64,000 nucleotides of DNA from Octopus vulgaris (GCA_951406725.2 OX597818.1:2852001-2916000), one strand, 5' to 3'. Shown: positions 12,385-25,859, counted from the first letter of the stretch. The notes: generated by a model not told the origin, from the letters alone. Numbers and translations are program-made.

Positions 12385-13208
12385 AAGTATCCAGACTGTT
12401 GCCATAGTAACGAAGCTAAAGCATGCAGAGTGAAGCCACTTGGCACTGATTGACCTTGAACTCTGCTGTGCATGTGTACAAAGCTTTAACATTCTAGCTC
12501 ACTTCTACTATTTACAGCAGTGCTTGCAAGTAAGGTGTGTAACATGTGTTCGTCACATTGACCATGACAGAGAAAGTTGTCATGGCGATACCTGCTCAGA
12601 GGCCTACACAATGTTTCAGAAAGTGTATGGAGAGGGGTGTTTAGTTGCACACAAGTGTACGAGTGGTTCAGATGTTTCCAAGCTGGCTGAAAAAATGTCA
12701 ATATTGATGAACGTTCTGGGAGACCCGCAACCAGCAGAACTGAGAAAGACATCACATATGTGCATGCAGCTGTGAGGGGAAATTGTTGAATCACCATCTG
12801 TGAGTTATCAGAGGATGTGCAGATTAGTTATGGTTCAATTCAGTCCATTATCCCTGAAGATTTGGGTATGAGATGTGTGTCTGCCAAGTTTGTGCCAAAA
12901 CTGCTTTCAGCTGACCAATGAAAACTTTTTGAAAACTTTGCATAGGCCTCTGAGTGGGTATTGCTAAGCTTTTGACAAAATTTGATGCAGATTCTCTGCT
13001 CAACTTTCTCTATCATAGTCATTGTGATGATCACATGCTACATACCTTCCTTCCAAGCACTGCTGTAAACAACAGAAGTGAGCTAGAATGTTAAAACTTA
13101 GTGTGCATGCACGGCAGAGTTCAAGGTCTCTCTGTGCCTAGCAGCTTCACTCTACATGCTTTAGCTTTGATACTATGCAGCAGTCTGGATACTTATCGAT
13201 CAGACCAT
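12385..13208. mobile_element. Internally deleted mariner derivative with ~200 bp inverted arms
   Basis: TAAGTATCCAGACTG at 12385 vs CAGTCTGGATACTTA at ~13181-13195; mariner N-terminus (EQRICIKFCQKL) on - and transposase remnants on +. Confidence 0.8.
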
Positions 13209-14161
13209 GTAAAAATATATATACTTTTAATTTTGGTGTTGATGATAGTTTAGTTCAGTAGTATATCTTTCTAGACAATTCCCAAGAGAATTTTATGACC
13301 AGCTTCATCAGTAAACATTTTGGACTTTTTAAAAACTTTATTTTTGTCCTTTGTTCTTGTTTTGAGAAGAAATCTAACTTCAAGCAACTTTTTACAGATC
13401 AATTTTTAGACACTACAGTATTTTCTAAACCTGGCAAAGTATGTAGGGGTGCAGGGGGTGCAAGTGCATCTCCTGCACCCCCTGTTCTCGGACCCTTGAC
13501 AATATTAACTTGGATGAAATGTATATCTGGCACAAGTTGGGCATGAATAGTATTTGCTGATGTATGAACAGAGACAACCGTGCTGGTGTGGATATGTGAT
13601 ATAAATGAATGATGAGTGGTAGATAGTACATTTGAGTGAATAATAGAAGTTGTTTGTGGCATAGGATGACTAACATTGATACATAAAATGCGGTGAGGTC
13701 AGACCTTAAGATGTTGGGCTTCATAACTGAGATGAAACAGGATGAAGACAAATGATGACATACTTGGACTAACTCATCCTACTATGGATAAAACAAATAT
13801 CAAAAGAGGAGTAATGGATGATAGCACATATACTTGAGAATGTGAATTTTAATTCATTATTTTCTTTCTTTCTTTTATTATTGTTATGCAAATACATTAA
13901 TTGCTTGAAGAAATATAAAAGACAATGATCTGTCATATTTTCATCGTTTAATTTTGCTTTTCTTTCTTCTGGTGTTGATAAATAAGAAGCAGTTAAGTGT
14001 TGGGGTAGATTTGACTGACTGAACGTAAGTGAAAAATTTGTGGCCACAAATCATAGCTGTAGAGGCAGCCCAAAACTACAAGAACACAATAAGCCCATGC
14101 TGTCATAGCTTGTAGGAAGAAGAGGCTCCTAGAGTAAAATCTCTCACAAAATAAGGAAGAT

Positions 14162-14269
14162 TTAATAAAAATCAGTCTGGGCAAATCTAACTGCATTGTA
14201 CACTGTTATAATGCAAAAGAAAATGCAATATTGAAACGTAGATAGTATAAAAATCAAAATGTAAAATTG
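14162..14269 (-). pseudogene. Candidate exon, S6-like helix
   Basis: Long pyrimidine tract plus TAG acceptor; reads QFYILIFILSTFQYCIFFCIITVYNAVRFAQTDFY*. Confidence 0.4.
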
Positions 14270-14559
14270 CTAAAGATAAAAGAGGAAAGTGAAAGAAAAA
14301 AAGACTAAGATTAAGAAATTTATTACTGTTTAAAACTTTGTTTTGGGATTTGGTTTGCAAGATTCTTTATGTGAGTTCGTGTGTTGAAGCATATCTTGTT
14401 GTGTCTGGGGAGAGTCATTCTCTTTTAGTGCCTTATTATTTAACACACTCACCAGTAAAGTTTTCACTCATTTACTTATTTTTTTTCCTAAAATTTTCAT
14501 TCTGTCTTGCAACCTTTTCAATAGTTGTTGACTCTGTCTGTTATCTGAGCTGCACTCTT

Positions 14560-15050
14560 TTTGTTTGTTTGTGCACATGTGTGTGGGTCAGTGTGTGTGC
14601 ACATACAGATGTATGTATGCATGTGTGTGTATGCATATATGTGTGTGTGCGTATGTATATATGTATGTACGTTTGTATGTATGTATTCTGCATATTCAGG
14701 TGTTTGTGTGTGTGTTTGTATGTGTGTGTGTACCTCTGTCTCCTTGTGTGTGCATGTCTGAGTATGTCTGTGTATGGGCTTTTGTGACTATGCACTGTGT
14801 CTGCATAGATGGATGTGTGTCTCCATATGTGTCCTTGTGTGAAGTGAAGTGAGTGTGTATATGGTCACGTGTTTTAGTCTTCATTTGCATACATATGTGT
14901 GCATGTGTGCCTGTCTGTTCATATTACCTATGTATCTATTCGTCTGTATGTCTATCTGTTTACATTCATATCCATTTACCTACATACATGTGCACATATA
15001 CATATACATATACATATACACACACACACACAAACATACATCTACATAAC
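14560..15050. repeat. Degenerate (TG)/(TA)/(TATG) microsatellite field
   Basis: Directly visible; source of the spurious CVCV/YIYI ORFs. Confidence 0.95.
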
Positions 15051-15059
15051 AGCCCACTA

Positions 15060-16025
15060 ACTATTCTACCTGTATATAAATATAAACTGCATGGGGGTAT
15101 GATTACCTACTACGTATATTTCCTATTTAGTACTGGGGATGTTTCATTTATGAGGACGTACACCTGTATTAGTCTGAGTGTTGGGTCTTTTGGGTGCTTG
15201 GATAAATTGTGGATGTCACGTCGACCCAGGTTGCCTCCATGTTGGTCCTTGGCATGTTGGTAGAGTATGGAGGACTATTTTTTGTCGTCATATTGTCTCA
15301 GATGTTCATTTAGTCTTTCCACAACGCTCCTAGATGTCTCTACTATGTATGTCATGTTCATGTCTTTACAAGCACCTTCTATGCATCTTATGCTGTAAAC
15401 TACATTTCTGGTTCTACAGTTAATGCCAGGGTTGATCCTACATTCCATGCAGTTATCATTGGTGCATATGGTATTCTCAAAGGGGTACATCCTACATAGT
15501 TGTGATCTCACCGAGTTGCCTGGCTTTTCAACGATCTTAATGTTGAGTTTGATCTCCTTCAGAGCTTTCCTAAATCTACAGGCTGGTTCTCCATGGGCTG
15601 TGGCCTCTGCAAATATCACACCTTAATATTTGTTGATTTTATACCACATGTTCACCCTGCTTGCTTTGTCACAAGTTCTTTGTATCCTATTCCATTCTTT
15701 ACTTCTATATCTAGGGCAGGTGCCACTGGTTTCATTACATATAATGTTATCTGACTTCTCAAACCCTATCTTTCTGATCATATCCAGAGAACTGCATGTG
15801 GTGCATGAAGTTCCGTACAGGTTTTTTTTTATTTCATAGGATTAGCATAGTGGGGACACATTGTTCATTATCCTAAGTCTGCTGTCAGTATGTTAATTTT
15901 CACAAGTGACAAAGCTGAGTTCTTGTGAACAACATATTTTGAAGCTATGGGTTTCATGTAATAGGAGTGGAGGAGGTGCACTCTGTTGTTTACAGCCTCT
16001 AACCAAAGTTCAGTATCAAGGACTG
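15060..16025 (-). mobile_element. Penelope-like element fragment, second family (GIY-YIG end)
   Basis: C..C..C...CRTRNVVYSIRC...TYIVETSRSVVERLNEH in ORF 15275-15619. Confidence 0.8.
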
Positions 16026-16679
16026 TTCAAAACTTAGAGTGTTAAATGAAATAACAAAAAAATAGTACAACTTACTGAAGATGATGTAGCCAAAGTACGT
16101 TTTCTTCTTGTAACAGGTTCTGTCTTGAAAGTTGGATTAATCTAGAAAAAGAAGTACAAACATGGAATATACATATGTATTTGTATATATAAATGAGAGA
16201 AAAAGTTTTATTGTGTTTGTTCTCAGTCATTAGAAGTTGAAACATTATCATTATTCAAATGAATATGTGTATCAGAAAATGTGCATGTGTGTGTATTCAT
16301 TCATTCCTATGTAAGGTTCCTACTCACAGATAAAAATGAATTTCTTTACCTCTTCCTATTTCCCACGATCTTCACATCTCATTCCTTTTTTCTCTCCTTC
16401 CCCAAAATTTCATTCTTTACATTGCCCAGTGGTACCTCTACATCCTTTCTCTCTTTACATCTTACCTAACCTTCTCATCTAATTTCCTTCTATGTATGCA
16501 TATATTTTCCTCCAAGTATTATTCAAGTTCTTCTTAAGAGAATTCAAGCTGGTCACTAATAAAGCAACAAGACTTTTTGAGTCAAGAGAGTTTTTGATGC
16601 TTCTAAATATGTGGCTGAGTTGCACATGCTTTGGTGTGTGCATCTATTTACCTAAAGAATCTCAGATGGAGAATCTTTG

Positions 16680-19250
16680 GAATGTCTTACAGATCTTCCA
16701 TGTGCCACAAATAGATTGGATTTGAAGAATCCATGCCAGTTTCTTTAGCTCTTTCTTTGAAAAACCTAGTATTTTTAGGCTTTTGTGTAGATTTGTAGGT
16801 ACTTATCCTAATGTACCTGTGATGATAGGTACAAATGAGAATTTGTCGTCAGAGTACAAGACCTATAAGTTCCACATTAATTCACCATAAATGTTCTTAT
16901 TTTATTGGTACATTTACATCCACTGGGCAGCATGACCTTTGTTTCTTGCCCCACAGACAATATCAGGCTATTTTTATTGGAGCGTTCCACCAATATCCAT
17001 TGTTTTTTTAAAGGTGTGAATACATGCTAGTTCTGACATGCCTTTGATGTATATGTCAGGGCAATCCTTCCTGTGGGTAGTAGTGTAAATAGGACATGCA
17101 ACCATATCATGCTTCAGGAGCAGGTGGTATGTCATACACTTTTTGGAGCAGCTGCTGATGATGTGAGTGATATCTTTGTCTCTCTTGGCCACTAGGTATT
17201 TAGCAGCTATCTCCTGTTTCTGAATAGGGAAGGCATATCCTTCTCAGTGGGATGTAATGTATCTATCACAGGTCCAGAAGAGGCTACTCTTCCTGTCAAT
17301 GCTGTTGTTATCCTCTGTCTCATGATATATGAACCCATGCATTGCTTTTTGCTTGCTTCTCCTCTAAGCTTCTGTTTAGGTAGGCCAGTCCAGCCTCCTT
17401 TGGGTTGCATGAGACAGTTGTATTCTCAGAGTATCTGCACAGTAGTTCTTCACCATCTCTGAAGATGCTGTTGCTCTCACTTTTGAATATGCATGAAATG
17501 TACTCATTTCTTTCTTTATTGTTCAGCAGGTGTTGTCTGATTTATACAATGCAACATTCAAAGGCTGTTTGAACTCATCATATGCCTCTACTGTCTTCAC
17601 TTTGTCTCATATAGATCCTATTGGTATTATTGTTAATGTGGAAGTTGCCAGCAGTGGTCAGTACCTTTCTAGTTTTGATGTTCCGGTTGCAGATCTCGTC
17701 AAATGTCCAGTCCAATATCCTAAAAGTTGGTACTAGCACTGGCACTGCAAAAGTATTGCGAGATATGTTCTTCTTAAATGCAGACAGCTGTAGTTTTTGG
17801 ACACATGGATCTCTTTGTTTTTGGGCAACCATCAGCCAATCTGGTATGTCTAGCTCAGTGTCCATTGTTTTTTTAAATATGGCCGTGAAAATTTCCCTGT
17901 AGAACATGAACTTTTTTAGTTTACTATTAGGTCTCTCCCAGGTGATTTTCCAATTGGCAGTTTCATAATAACCATCAAGAGTGTTTCACTAGTGATGCTA
18001 TATATTTTAGGAGAGGTATTTATACAATATTCATTTCATAGTTTGATTAAGTAAGCTGCATTATGATTATGCTCTTTGTTTACATTTCAGATTTCCTGCC
18101 AGAACAACTCTAGGTTTTCCTGGAGAGGAGCATTTACTACCTTGATGGTATTGCCTTTCATACTGCAATGTATAGCTTGTGGATTTCAGACAAACTTGCA
18201 GTTTATCATTTTTCTTTCATGCAATTTTTTACAGCAACAAAGTTTTTCTCTTATTGTTTGTAGATTGTTTTTGGGGTGATCAGTTTACTTGTGAGTATTT
18301 CTAGGTGGCAATTCCCATATAATTTGGAGAATGTATCATGTAGTCATAGCTGGTGATTCATAAATTCATTTTTATCTATATATTTGATGATAGTGTCCAG
18401 CTGTCTGATCTTTTTCTTGAGTCTATTGATGTTATTTTAGAGGGAGGTAATCCGTTTTGGTTTAGTATTATCCTTTGGATCAGTTTTCTTTGCTCCCACC
18501 TGTTGGTGCACAGTTATCCAAAAGCTGGGGCTTTGAATTTGAGCTGCTTGTTCTTTCACAATTTTGCTGATGGCAGATAACATCAGGTCAGTAGGTTTTT
18601 TTTCCCCAACTCATATCGGTATCATTCTTTCATGCAGTGCCTTGTGTTTTATAAGTAGTAAAGTTCTGTTTGAACCTTGATGAAGCTATAATTCTAATAT
18701 TTTATATTCCTCACTTATTTTTGTGAGATCATAAATAGCTACATGTCTGTGTTATGTTTGTTATTGTTATTTTTGTTTGTTATGTTTGTTATTGCTGTGT
18801 TTCTTGTCATTCACAATCTCTTCAGGGAAGAAACTTACTGTGATGTTAACACAAGAATTATCATTTGCGCATTTTGGCCGAGTGACTTAATTTGGTAGGG
18901 TGGTTTATTTCTTCTCAACAAATTTAGCTTGCTGGTGTAATTGTTTCTCTGAAAAACTTAAGAATGTCGGGTATTTTTTATCCCAATGTTCTTTAAGTCT
19001 TTTCATATAGCCTATTGAGGAATCTTCCCTAGTCTTTCTGTAGAAATAGTATAGTTCAAAAGTCCTCTGGAATTTTTCTTGATAGTTCCACAATCTGCAA
19101 TAGCTGATTCTGGGTTCTTTTGTTGGCATGGTGTATGTATAGTAATTTTCCACATGGTATGTATTTCACTGTTTGATTACTGCTATGATCTTTTGTTTTT
19201 TAAAAAAGGGTGTTTCTTTGCATTTACTCAAAGAAGATTCTTGTACCACG
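16680..19250 (-). mobile_element. R4/Dong-like RLE non-LTR retrotransposon, degenerate with internal deletions
   Basis: N-terminal GYMKRLKEHWDKKYP..SEKQLHQQ; PDWL; DITHIISSC..HDMV (CCHC remnant); C-terminus homologous to 44989-45219. Confidence 0.75.
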
Positions 19251-19425
19251 TTTGTATGAATGGCAAAAATCATAAGAAATAGTGTTTATTATCTGGGAGA
19301 ATAAATAGCCCTCAATACCAATATGTTTGTATTCAACGCCATGATATATACACACACAACGCACACACACACAAACACACACACACACACACACACAAAC
19401 ACATACACACACTCACATACACACG

Positions 19426-19462
<37 letters not shown>

Positions 19463-19534
19463 TATGCATTTTTCAGTTTCTATCTACTAAATTGGCTAGA
19501 CTGAATTTGAGACTACATACCCATGCATGCCGTA

Positions 19535-19945
19535 TATATTATTCTTGTTTTTTTACTTGTTTCAGTCATTTGACGGTGGCCATGCTGGAGCACCACCTTT
19601 ACTCAAGCAAATCGACCCCAGGACTTATTATTTGTAAGCCTAGTATTTATTCTATTGGTCTGTTTTGCCGAACCTCTAAGTTACAGGGATGTAAACACAC
19701 CAGCATCGGTTGTCGAGCAATGTTGGGGGACACAGACACATAAACACACACACACGCGCATATACACATACATATATATATATACGAAGGGCTTCTTTCA
19801 GTTTCCGTCTACCAAATTCACTCACAAGGCTTTGGTCAGCCCAAGGCTATAGTAGAAGACACTTGCCCAAAGTGCCACGCAGTAGGACTGAACCTGGAAC
19901 CATGTGGTTGGTTAGCAAGCTACTTACCACACAGCCACTCCTGTA
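19535..19945 (-). mobile_element. tRNA-derived SINE (composite)
   Basis: Minus strand has GGAGTGGCTGTGTGGTAAG (A box) and GGTTCAGTCC (B box); 3' end is the reverse complement of the sequence at 63820-63865. Confidence 0.75.
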
Positions 19946-20097
19946 TATTTATATATTACTACAAGTTCAACTACATGTACTTATTGCACTACTAATAGTT
20001 TCCCATATGCATATGTTCATCAGGCACCAATCACACTATACACCCAGAAACTTAGTTTAAATAGAGGAATAGTTTAGAATTGGCACAAAGATAAAAC

Positions 20098-20388
20098 ATG
20101 TCTAATGGAAAATACCACCTTGATAGGCAAAATAAAATAAAATAAAAATGAAATATAAAAATGAATCAACAGTACAATGTACAAATTATTAAAATTGTGA
20201 AAACCTGGGATCATTTGATGGAACATGAAAATATGAGGGATATCAAATTTAAATGAATTTGTAAAAATAAATATAAGGAAAAAGTCAAACATTTTACAAA
20301 GAAAAAAAATTTCACAGATGGTCATAAATGTTGGCACAATACAAAAACCACATGATACACAAGCTTTACAAATCAATATATACATAAA
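20098..20388 (-). pseudogene. Candidate exon, S4-S5-pore-like region of a polycystin channel
   Basis: TTTTCTATTTTCACAG acceptor; open frame ...CKMFDFFLIFIFTNSFKFDIPHIFMFHQMIPGFHNFNNLYIVLLIHF resembles TRPP S5 plus pore helix; 3' boundary uncertain. Confidence 0.45.
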
Positions 20389-20572
20389 CTGTGAAAATAG
20401 AAAAATCTAAATCATTTTAAACATCATTTAAAAGCAAAGATACTTGTAAGAAAATACTAGGATGGAAAAAGTTGGTATAACTAAATTATAAGATATGAAC
20501 AGATAAAATCATATCATAAAATGAACAAAAAATTTCGAAAAGGTTAAGAAAATATAGAAAAATAGTTAATTT

Positions 20573-20621
<49 letters not shown>

Positions 20622-20623
<2 letters not shown>

Positions 20624-22967
20624 GATGATGATGGCTGTCCACTCATGACTGAGGAAGACCATTGCTGACCTTCAGGAACATTGTGTGCTCTAGGACTAAC
20701 TTATATTTTGCATTTGCAACTCCATTGGTGGCTAATGAGTCCTGCTCTTGACAAGCATACATAACTGCAAACATTGCAGACCAAGCTTTCCCCATTCACT
20801 ACACCAGTTGTGTGCATTCGTGCAGCATGCTTAAGTTCTTCATGCTGAATATTTGCTCTCTCAAAAGTGTCGACCCCCTCCTTGACCTGCTTCCTCCATC
20901 TGTGACCATGATAGACATTGTTCTCCCAGTCAGTCTCCTGCATATCACAGGCCTTTAATGAGGACCTGACACAGTCCTTAAACCGCAGTCTTGGTTTCTG
21001 CTGGGGTCTCTTTCCATTCACAAGTTCTCCATATAGCATCTGCTTAGGGATCCTGCTATCCTTCATTCTAATAAGGTGTCCAGTCCAACGTAACTGGTGT
21101 TTGTGCACCATCACCTCAATACTCAAGATATCAGCTGTCCTCAGGATCTGTGTGTCTGGAATTTTTAAGGTTCAGCCAACATTGAGAATGTGTCTGAGAC
21201 ATCTCTGATGAAAGTGTTCAAGGACCCTTACATGACGTTTGTAAAGGGTCCATGTCTCACATGAGTAGAGGAGTGATGTCAGTACACCTGCATGGTACAC
21301 AGCAATTTTTGTTTGCCTTCTGATGCCATGCTGGGACCAGACACGAGACTGAAGAGACCTAAAGGAATTAGTTGCTCTCTGCAGCCTGAAAGATATTTCC
21401 TCATCCAAAGAGCAAGAATGGCTGAGTGTGCTGCCTGGGTAGACAAACTTGTCTACTACCTTCAGAATAGTTCCTTCAACCAAGATATGGATTTCCTGGT
21501 GCAGGCTGGAACATTACAACAGTCTTTTCAAGGCTAATGCTGAGTCCAAATGCCTTGCAAGAAGCAGAAATACAATTCATGAGTATTTGCATGTCATCCA
21601 CTGTATGAGTGACTAAGTCACAGTCATCTGCATAAAGGAGACCGGAGAACTTTTGAATTGGCAGCAAATCGGCGCAAATTAAAGAGACAGCCAGAAGATT
21701 GATATCTGACATATATTCCCAGAGAGCTAACCTTAGCAAAAGCATGAGTAAAAGCAGCAAGGTACAAAGAAAAGAGAGTTGGGGCAAGGATGTTCCCCTG
21801 CTTGACACCATTCTCTACAGGAATGGGTCCCACCATGCCACCACCAACATTGACCCAAGTCTCCATCCCATCATAATTATAGAGCAAAGTGAAGGAGAGA
21901 AGAGGACCAGTCAGCATTCCTCAGTGTCTGAATGTCCACAAAATATATGATGCTGTGGTGAGGAAAGAGCTTCAGAATCGCTTGTCCAGCATTGAAAATA
22001 CTGCAGCATGGGAAGATTTTCAAGACCAGGTTCTTCAATGTGCTGCTGAAACACTGGGATATGCTTCTACCAGACACAAAGACTAGTTTGATGAAAATGA
22101 TGCTGAAGTTCAGCGTCTATTGGTGGTAAAGCACCATGCCCACAATGTATGGCTACACAGAGGACTGTCTGCTGTGCAGCAAAGTCTAGCACTTGCCCAA
22201 TATAGCAGTGTAAAATCACTACTGCAGCAATCTTTCAGGAAGATGCAGAACACTTGGTGGGAGGATCTAGCTCATGATGTTCAGGCTGCTGCAAATGATA
22301 GCAAGAAGTTTTACAATCTTATGAAGCAAGCTTATGGACCTAAGAGCTCCACATCAGCTCCTTTGCTTTCGAAGGAGTCTTCCGCTCTGTTTACTAAATC
22401 AACAGAAATCACAGGTCGCTGGATTGAACACTTCTCTGAACTCCTAAACCATGTGGATGAAACAGTCATTGATACTATGCAACAAAGACCTATCATTGGC
22501 TCCATAAACTCCACGCCCTCAATACATGAAGTAATGACATCAATAAGTAAACTGAATCTTGATAGGGCACTTGGAAAGGATGGAATTTGTGCTGAGGTCT
22601 TGTGATTTGGTGGTGATTACTTATTAGTGCAGTCTGGAGGGATGGTGCAATGCCTAAGGACTGGAAGGATGCAATTATTCTTCCTCTATATAAAGAAAAA
22701 GGAGCCAGAACAATGTGTGGTAACTACAGAGGTATTACTCTACTATCAGCTGCTGGCATGGTTCTGGCAAATATTCTTCTTACCCGTCTGAATGGGTGTT
22801 TCATAAATGATGTCCTATCTGAATCTCAATGTGGCTTCTGATCTGGTAAAAGGACAATGGATATGATCTTCACAGCAAGACAGATGCAGAAGAAGTGCTA
22901 TGAGCAGAATATGGATCTTGTCCAGGTATTCATTGATTTAACAAAGGCCTTTGATACTGTAAATAAT
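20622..22967. mobile_element. RTE/BovB-like LINE with 5' inversion
   Basis: 20622-21889 on - has GVKQGNILAPTLF, LLYADD, HQLRWTGH, a C-terminal C2H2 and a (CAT)n tail; 21890-22967 on + has the EN-RT linker, CGNYRGITLL, ESQCGF and FIDLTKAFDTVN. Confidence 0.88.
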
Positions 22968-23020
22968 ACATACACACACATACACACACACACACACACA
23001 CATACACACACACATACATA

Positions 23021-24315
23021 CAGGGTCTTGCAGATAAATTGCGACCAATTTTAAGCAGTTGACTTCGTGGGTTTAAGATTTCATTTGTTGACAAAACCTT
23101 ACTTGTTTGAAAATTTAAACTTTTATTTTTCAGGTAAATAGTGAACTGATTCAACAACAGAAAATCATAGAACAACAGAATTGTTCTGCCATCGTTGTTT
23201 TGGCATGCACTGGGCACACTGCCAATAAAATTCCTGAGTTGCCGAAATTTCCAAAAGCAACAGTTTATCCTGTGTATAAATATTTTAAAGAAGAGGGACA
23301 GATTGATAGAAAAGAACACAAAACTCAAAGTGATTCCAAGTGCAATCCAAAGTTTCTTGCTGGTTTCAATCACTCAATTGAAGCCAACCCATCCGCATCC
23401 ACGACAACTCTTGCAAAGAAATGTAATGTGTCCCTTTCCACGGTGTCCAGAGCTGTGAACAGGAACCTTGGTATGACTAGCTATGTTCGATGATGCCATC
23501 ACCTCTTAACAGCCAAGGCCAAAGCAATCAGAGCTGAGAGATGCCCAAAGCTTGTCATTTATTAAGCATCAAGGTGCAGAAAAAACTCTCATGTTTGTGG
23601 ATGAGAAGTTCACTGTGGATGCTGAGGTGAATTGCATAAATTCTCGAGTGATTGCATACAACCCTTCAGACCCCACCCCTGTATTTGAGACTAAGAATCC
23701 TGCCTCTGTGATGGTATTTGGAGTTGTGGTGAGTGAGGGAAACGTCATGGATTCACACTTCATTGAGTCTGGCTTGAAGATTGGCACAAAGGAATATCTG
23801 GACATCCTGAAGAACTCTCTGTTACCTTGGATGGAACAGAAGTTTGGGCTTGACAATATGGTGCTTATCCAAGATTCTGCCCTTTGCCATGGATAAAAAG
23901 CAACACAGGCCATCCTTGGTGAGAAGGTGTCATTTTTTGTGAGGGCCAACATCTGACTCAGTAATAGCCTCGATCTCAACCTTCTTGATTACTTTTTATG
24001 GATGTACTTCAAACAAGGACCAACACTTCACCATACTCAAGTGTCAGTAAAACTATTGACACTCGAGTAGGGTAAAGACCTGCATTGTGCGTGTGACATC
24101 CAAAATCAAAAAGCTGGAGGTTGCAGCTGCTGCAAAATGATTTTGTTCTTGTGTAGAGGTAGTAATTGCCCAAAAGGGCAGTCACATAGAGTGATAAGTG
24201 TCTTTGTTATAATAAATGTTACATTAAAACTATATCTGTCTACTACCATTATTTTAGTATCTATAACCAGTTTTATGCATTATAAAAACTGTCTCAGTTT
24301 ATCTGCAAGATCCTG
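23021..24315 (+). mobile_element. DD37D (maT-like) Tc1/mariner transposon, full-length but decayed
   Basis: TIRs CAGGGTCTTGCAGATAAA / TTTATCTGCAAGATCCTG flanked by TA; FVDEK, IQDSA and DLNLLDY, with 37 codons counted between the second and third Asp. Confidence 0.9.
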
Positions 24316-24423
24316 TATATATATATGAAAGAAAAAGGCATTCAGAATGCTGGATGGTTGCATCCAGCATTTTGAACGCCTTTTTCTTTCATATGTATTA
24401 AATCTGTACATCACCCCCAATAC

Positions 24424-24455
<32 letters not shown>

Positions 24456-24736
24456 ATAATAATAAAAGGGTAAAATTAATTAAATAATTAATCAATTAAT
24501 TAATTAATAATTTTACCAAGTAGTCAGTATGTTAAAAATAACCATTTTAGGTACAAATATTCTATAATTATATACATAATTATAATTAAGGGGTCAGCTA
24601 ATAGCTTTGCCACGCACTGATTTTAGAAATAGGAGCTAAATACCTTTTCTACTAACATAAAGATCTCCCAGACAGTAACACACTTTTTTTATGTAGGCAA
24701 AAAGAAAAAAATAATGAATCCACAAAACTCAGATTA

Positions 24737-24805
24737 GCTACATATGCATTTCGAGATTAATGTAAAGTTATAATTACTTACTTATTTCCATTTCTTCAGT
24801 GCAGC
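24737..24805 (-). ncRNA. Type I hammerhead ribozyme motif
   Basis: GCTGCA-CTGAAGA-...-TCTC-GAAA-TGCA-TA-TGTAGC: 6-bp stem I, palindromic ATGCAT helix III, AUA cleavage triplet. Confidence 0.7.
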
Positions 24806-25421
24806 ATTTCTAAATATAAATTTGAGAGTGTTAGGATTAAATATGTACGCGATGAAGCACCATCGCATAACCGATATTTAACCACATTTCCAAAAATATA
24901 CAACCGAATGTGAACACATATTTATCCTCAATACTCACGTGTGTATTATGAGCAATCCTGCAGAAACTGCAGTTTTCGATCAGGGAGTAAATTATAATTT
25001 CAATAATAATAAAAGGGTAAAATTAATTAATTAATTAATCAATTAACTAATAATTAATAATTTTACCAAGTAGTCAATACGTTAAAAATAACCGTTTTAG
25101 GTACACATATTCAATAATTATATACACAATTATTTTTAATGTACTGACTACTTGGTAAAATTATCAATTAATTAATTGATTAATTAATTAATTAATTAAT
25201 TAACTTTACCCTTTTATCATTATTGAAATTATAATTTACTCCCTGATAGAAAATGCAGTTTCTGCAGGATTGCTCGTAACACACACACATGGGTATTGAG
25301 GATAAATATGTGTTCACATTCGATTGTATATTTTTGGAAATGTAGTTAAATATCGGTTATGCGATGGTGCTTCATCGCATACATATTTAATCCTAACACT
25401 CTCAAATTTATATTTAGAAAT

Positions 25422-25484
25422 GCTGCACTGAAGATGAGAAATAAGTAAGTAATTATAACTTTAATCTCGAAACACATATGTAGC
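25422..25484 (+). ncRNA. Type I hammerhead ribozyme motif (inverted copy)
   Basis: GCTGCA-CTGAAGA-T-GAGA...TCTC-GAAA-CACA-TA-TGTAGC; helix III degraded. Confidence 0.65.
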
Positions 25485-25664
25485 TAATCTGAGTTTTGTG
25501 GATTCATTATTTTTTTCCTTTTGCCTACATAAAATAGTGTGTTACTCTCTGGGAGATCTTTATGTTAGTAGAAAAGGTATTTAGCTCCTATTTCTAAAAT
25601 CAGTGTATTGCAAAGCTGACCCCTTGATTATAATTATGTATATAATTATAGAATATTTGTATAT

Positions 25665-25855
25665 TCTACAGGCCATTACAAAGAAGTTTAAGACTGGCTG
25701 TCCAAAGGAACTCCTATATATTGATGCTCTAGTTCATAGCTGAATCTATATGGAAATTGGAGAGGAAATTCTGAGTATAGAATCAAGAGGTCTTAAGGTA
25801 AATTTAGCAAAGATGAAGGTCTTAATAAGTAGGAAAGAATAGAGGACCCTGACAC
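25665..25855 (+). mobile_element. RTE RT fragment
   Basis: QAITKKFKTGCPKELLYIDAL, homologous to QTITEEFKTGSPWELLYADD. Confidence 0.7.
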
Positions 25856-25859
25856 AAGA

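Larger units (their letters stand above)
24453..25664. repeat. ~547-bp unit in partial tandem plus a ~530-bp inverted copy (pLTR/retrozyme-like)
   Basis: AAAAGGGTAAAATT at 24464 and 25011; 25131-25661 is the reverse complement of ~24552-25090. Confidence 0.9.

Noticed and set aside
16075-16135. CTGAAGA followed by GAAA
   Set aside because: No stem I/II/III complementarity; not a hammerhead
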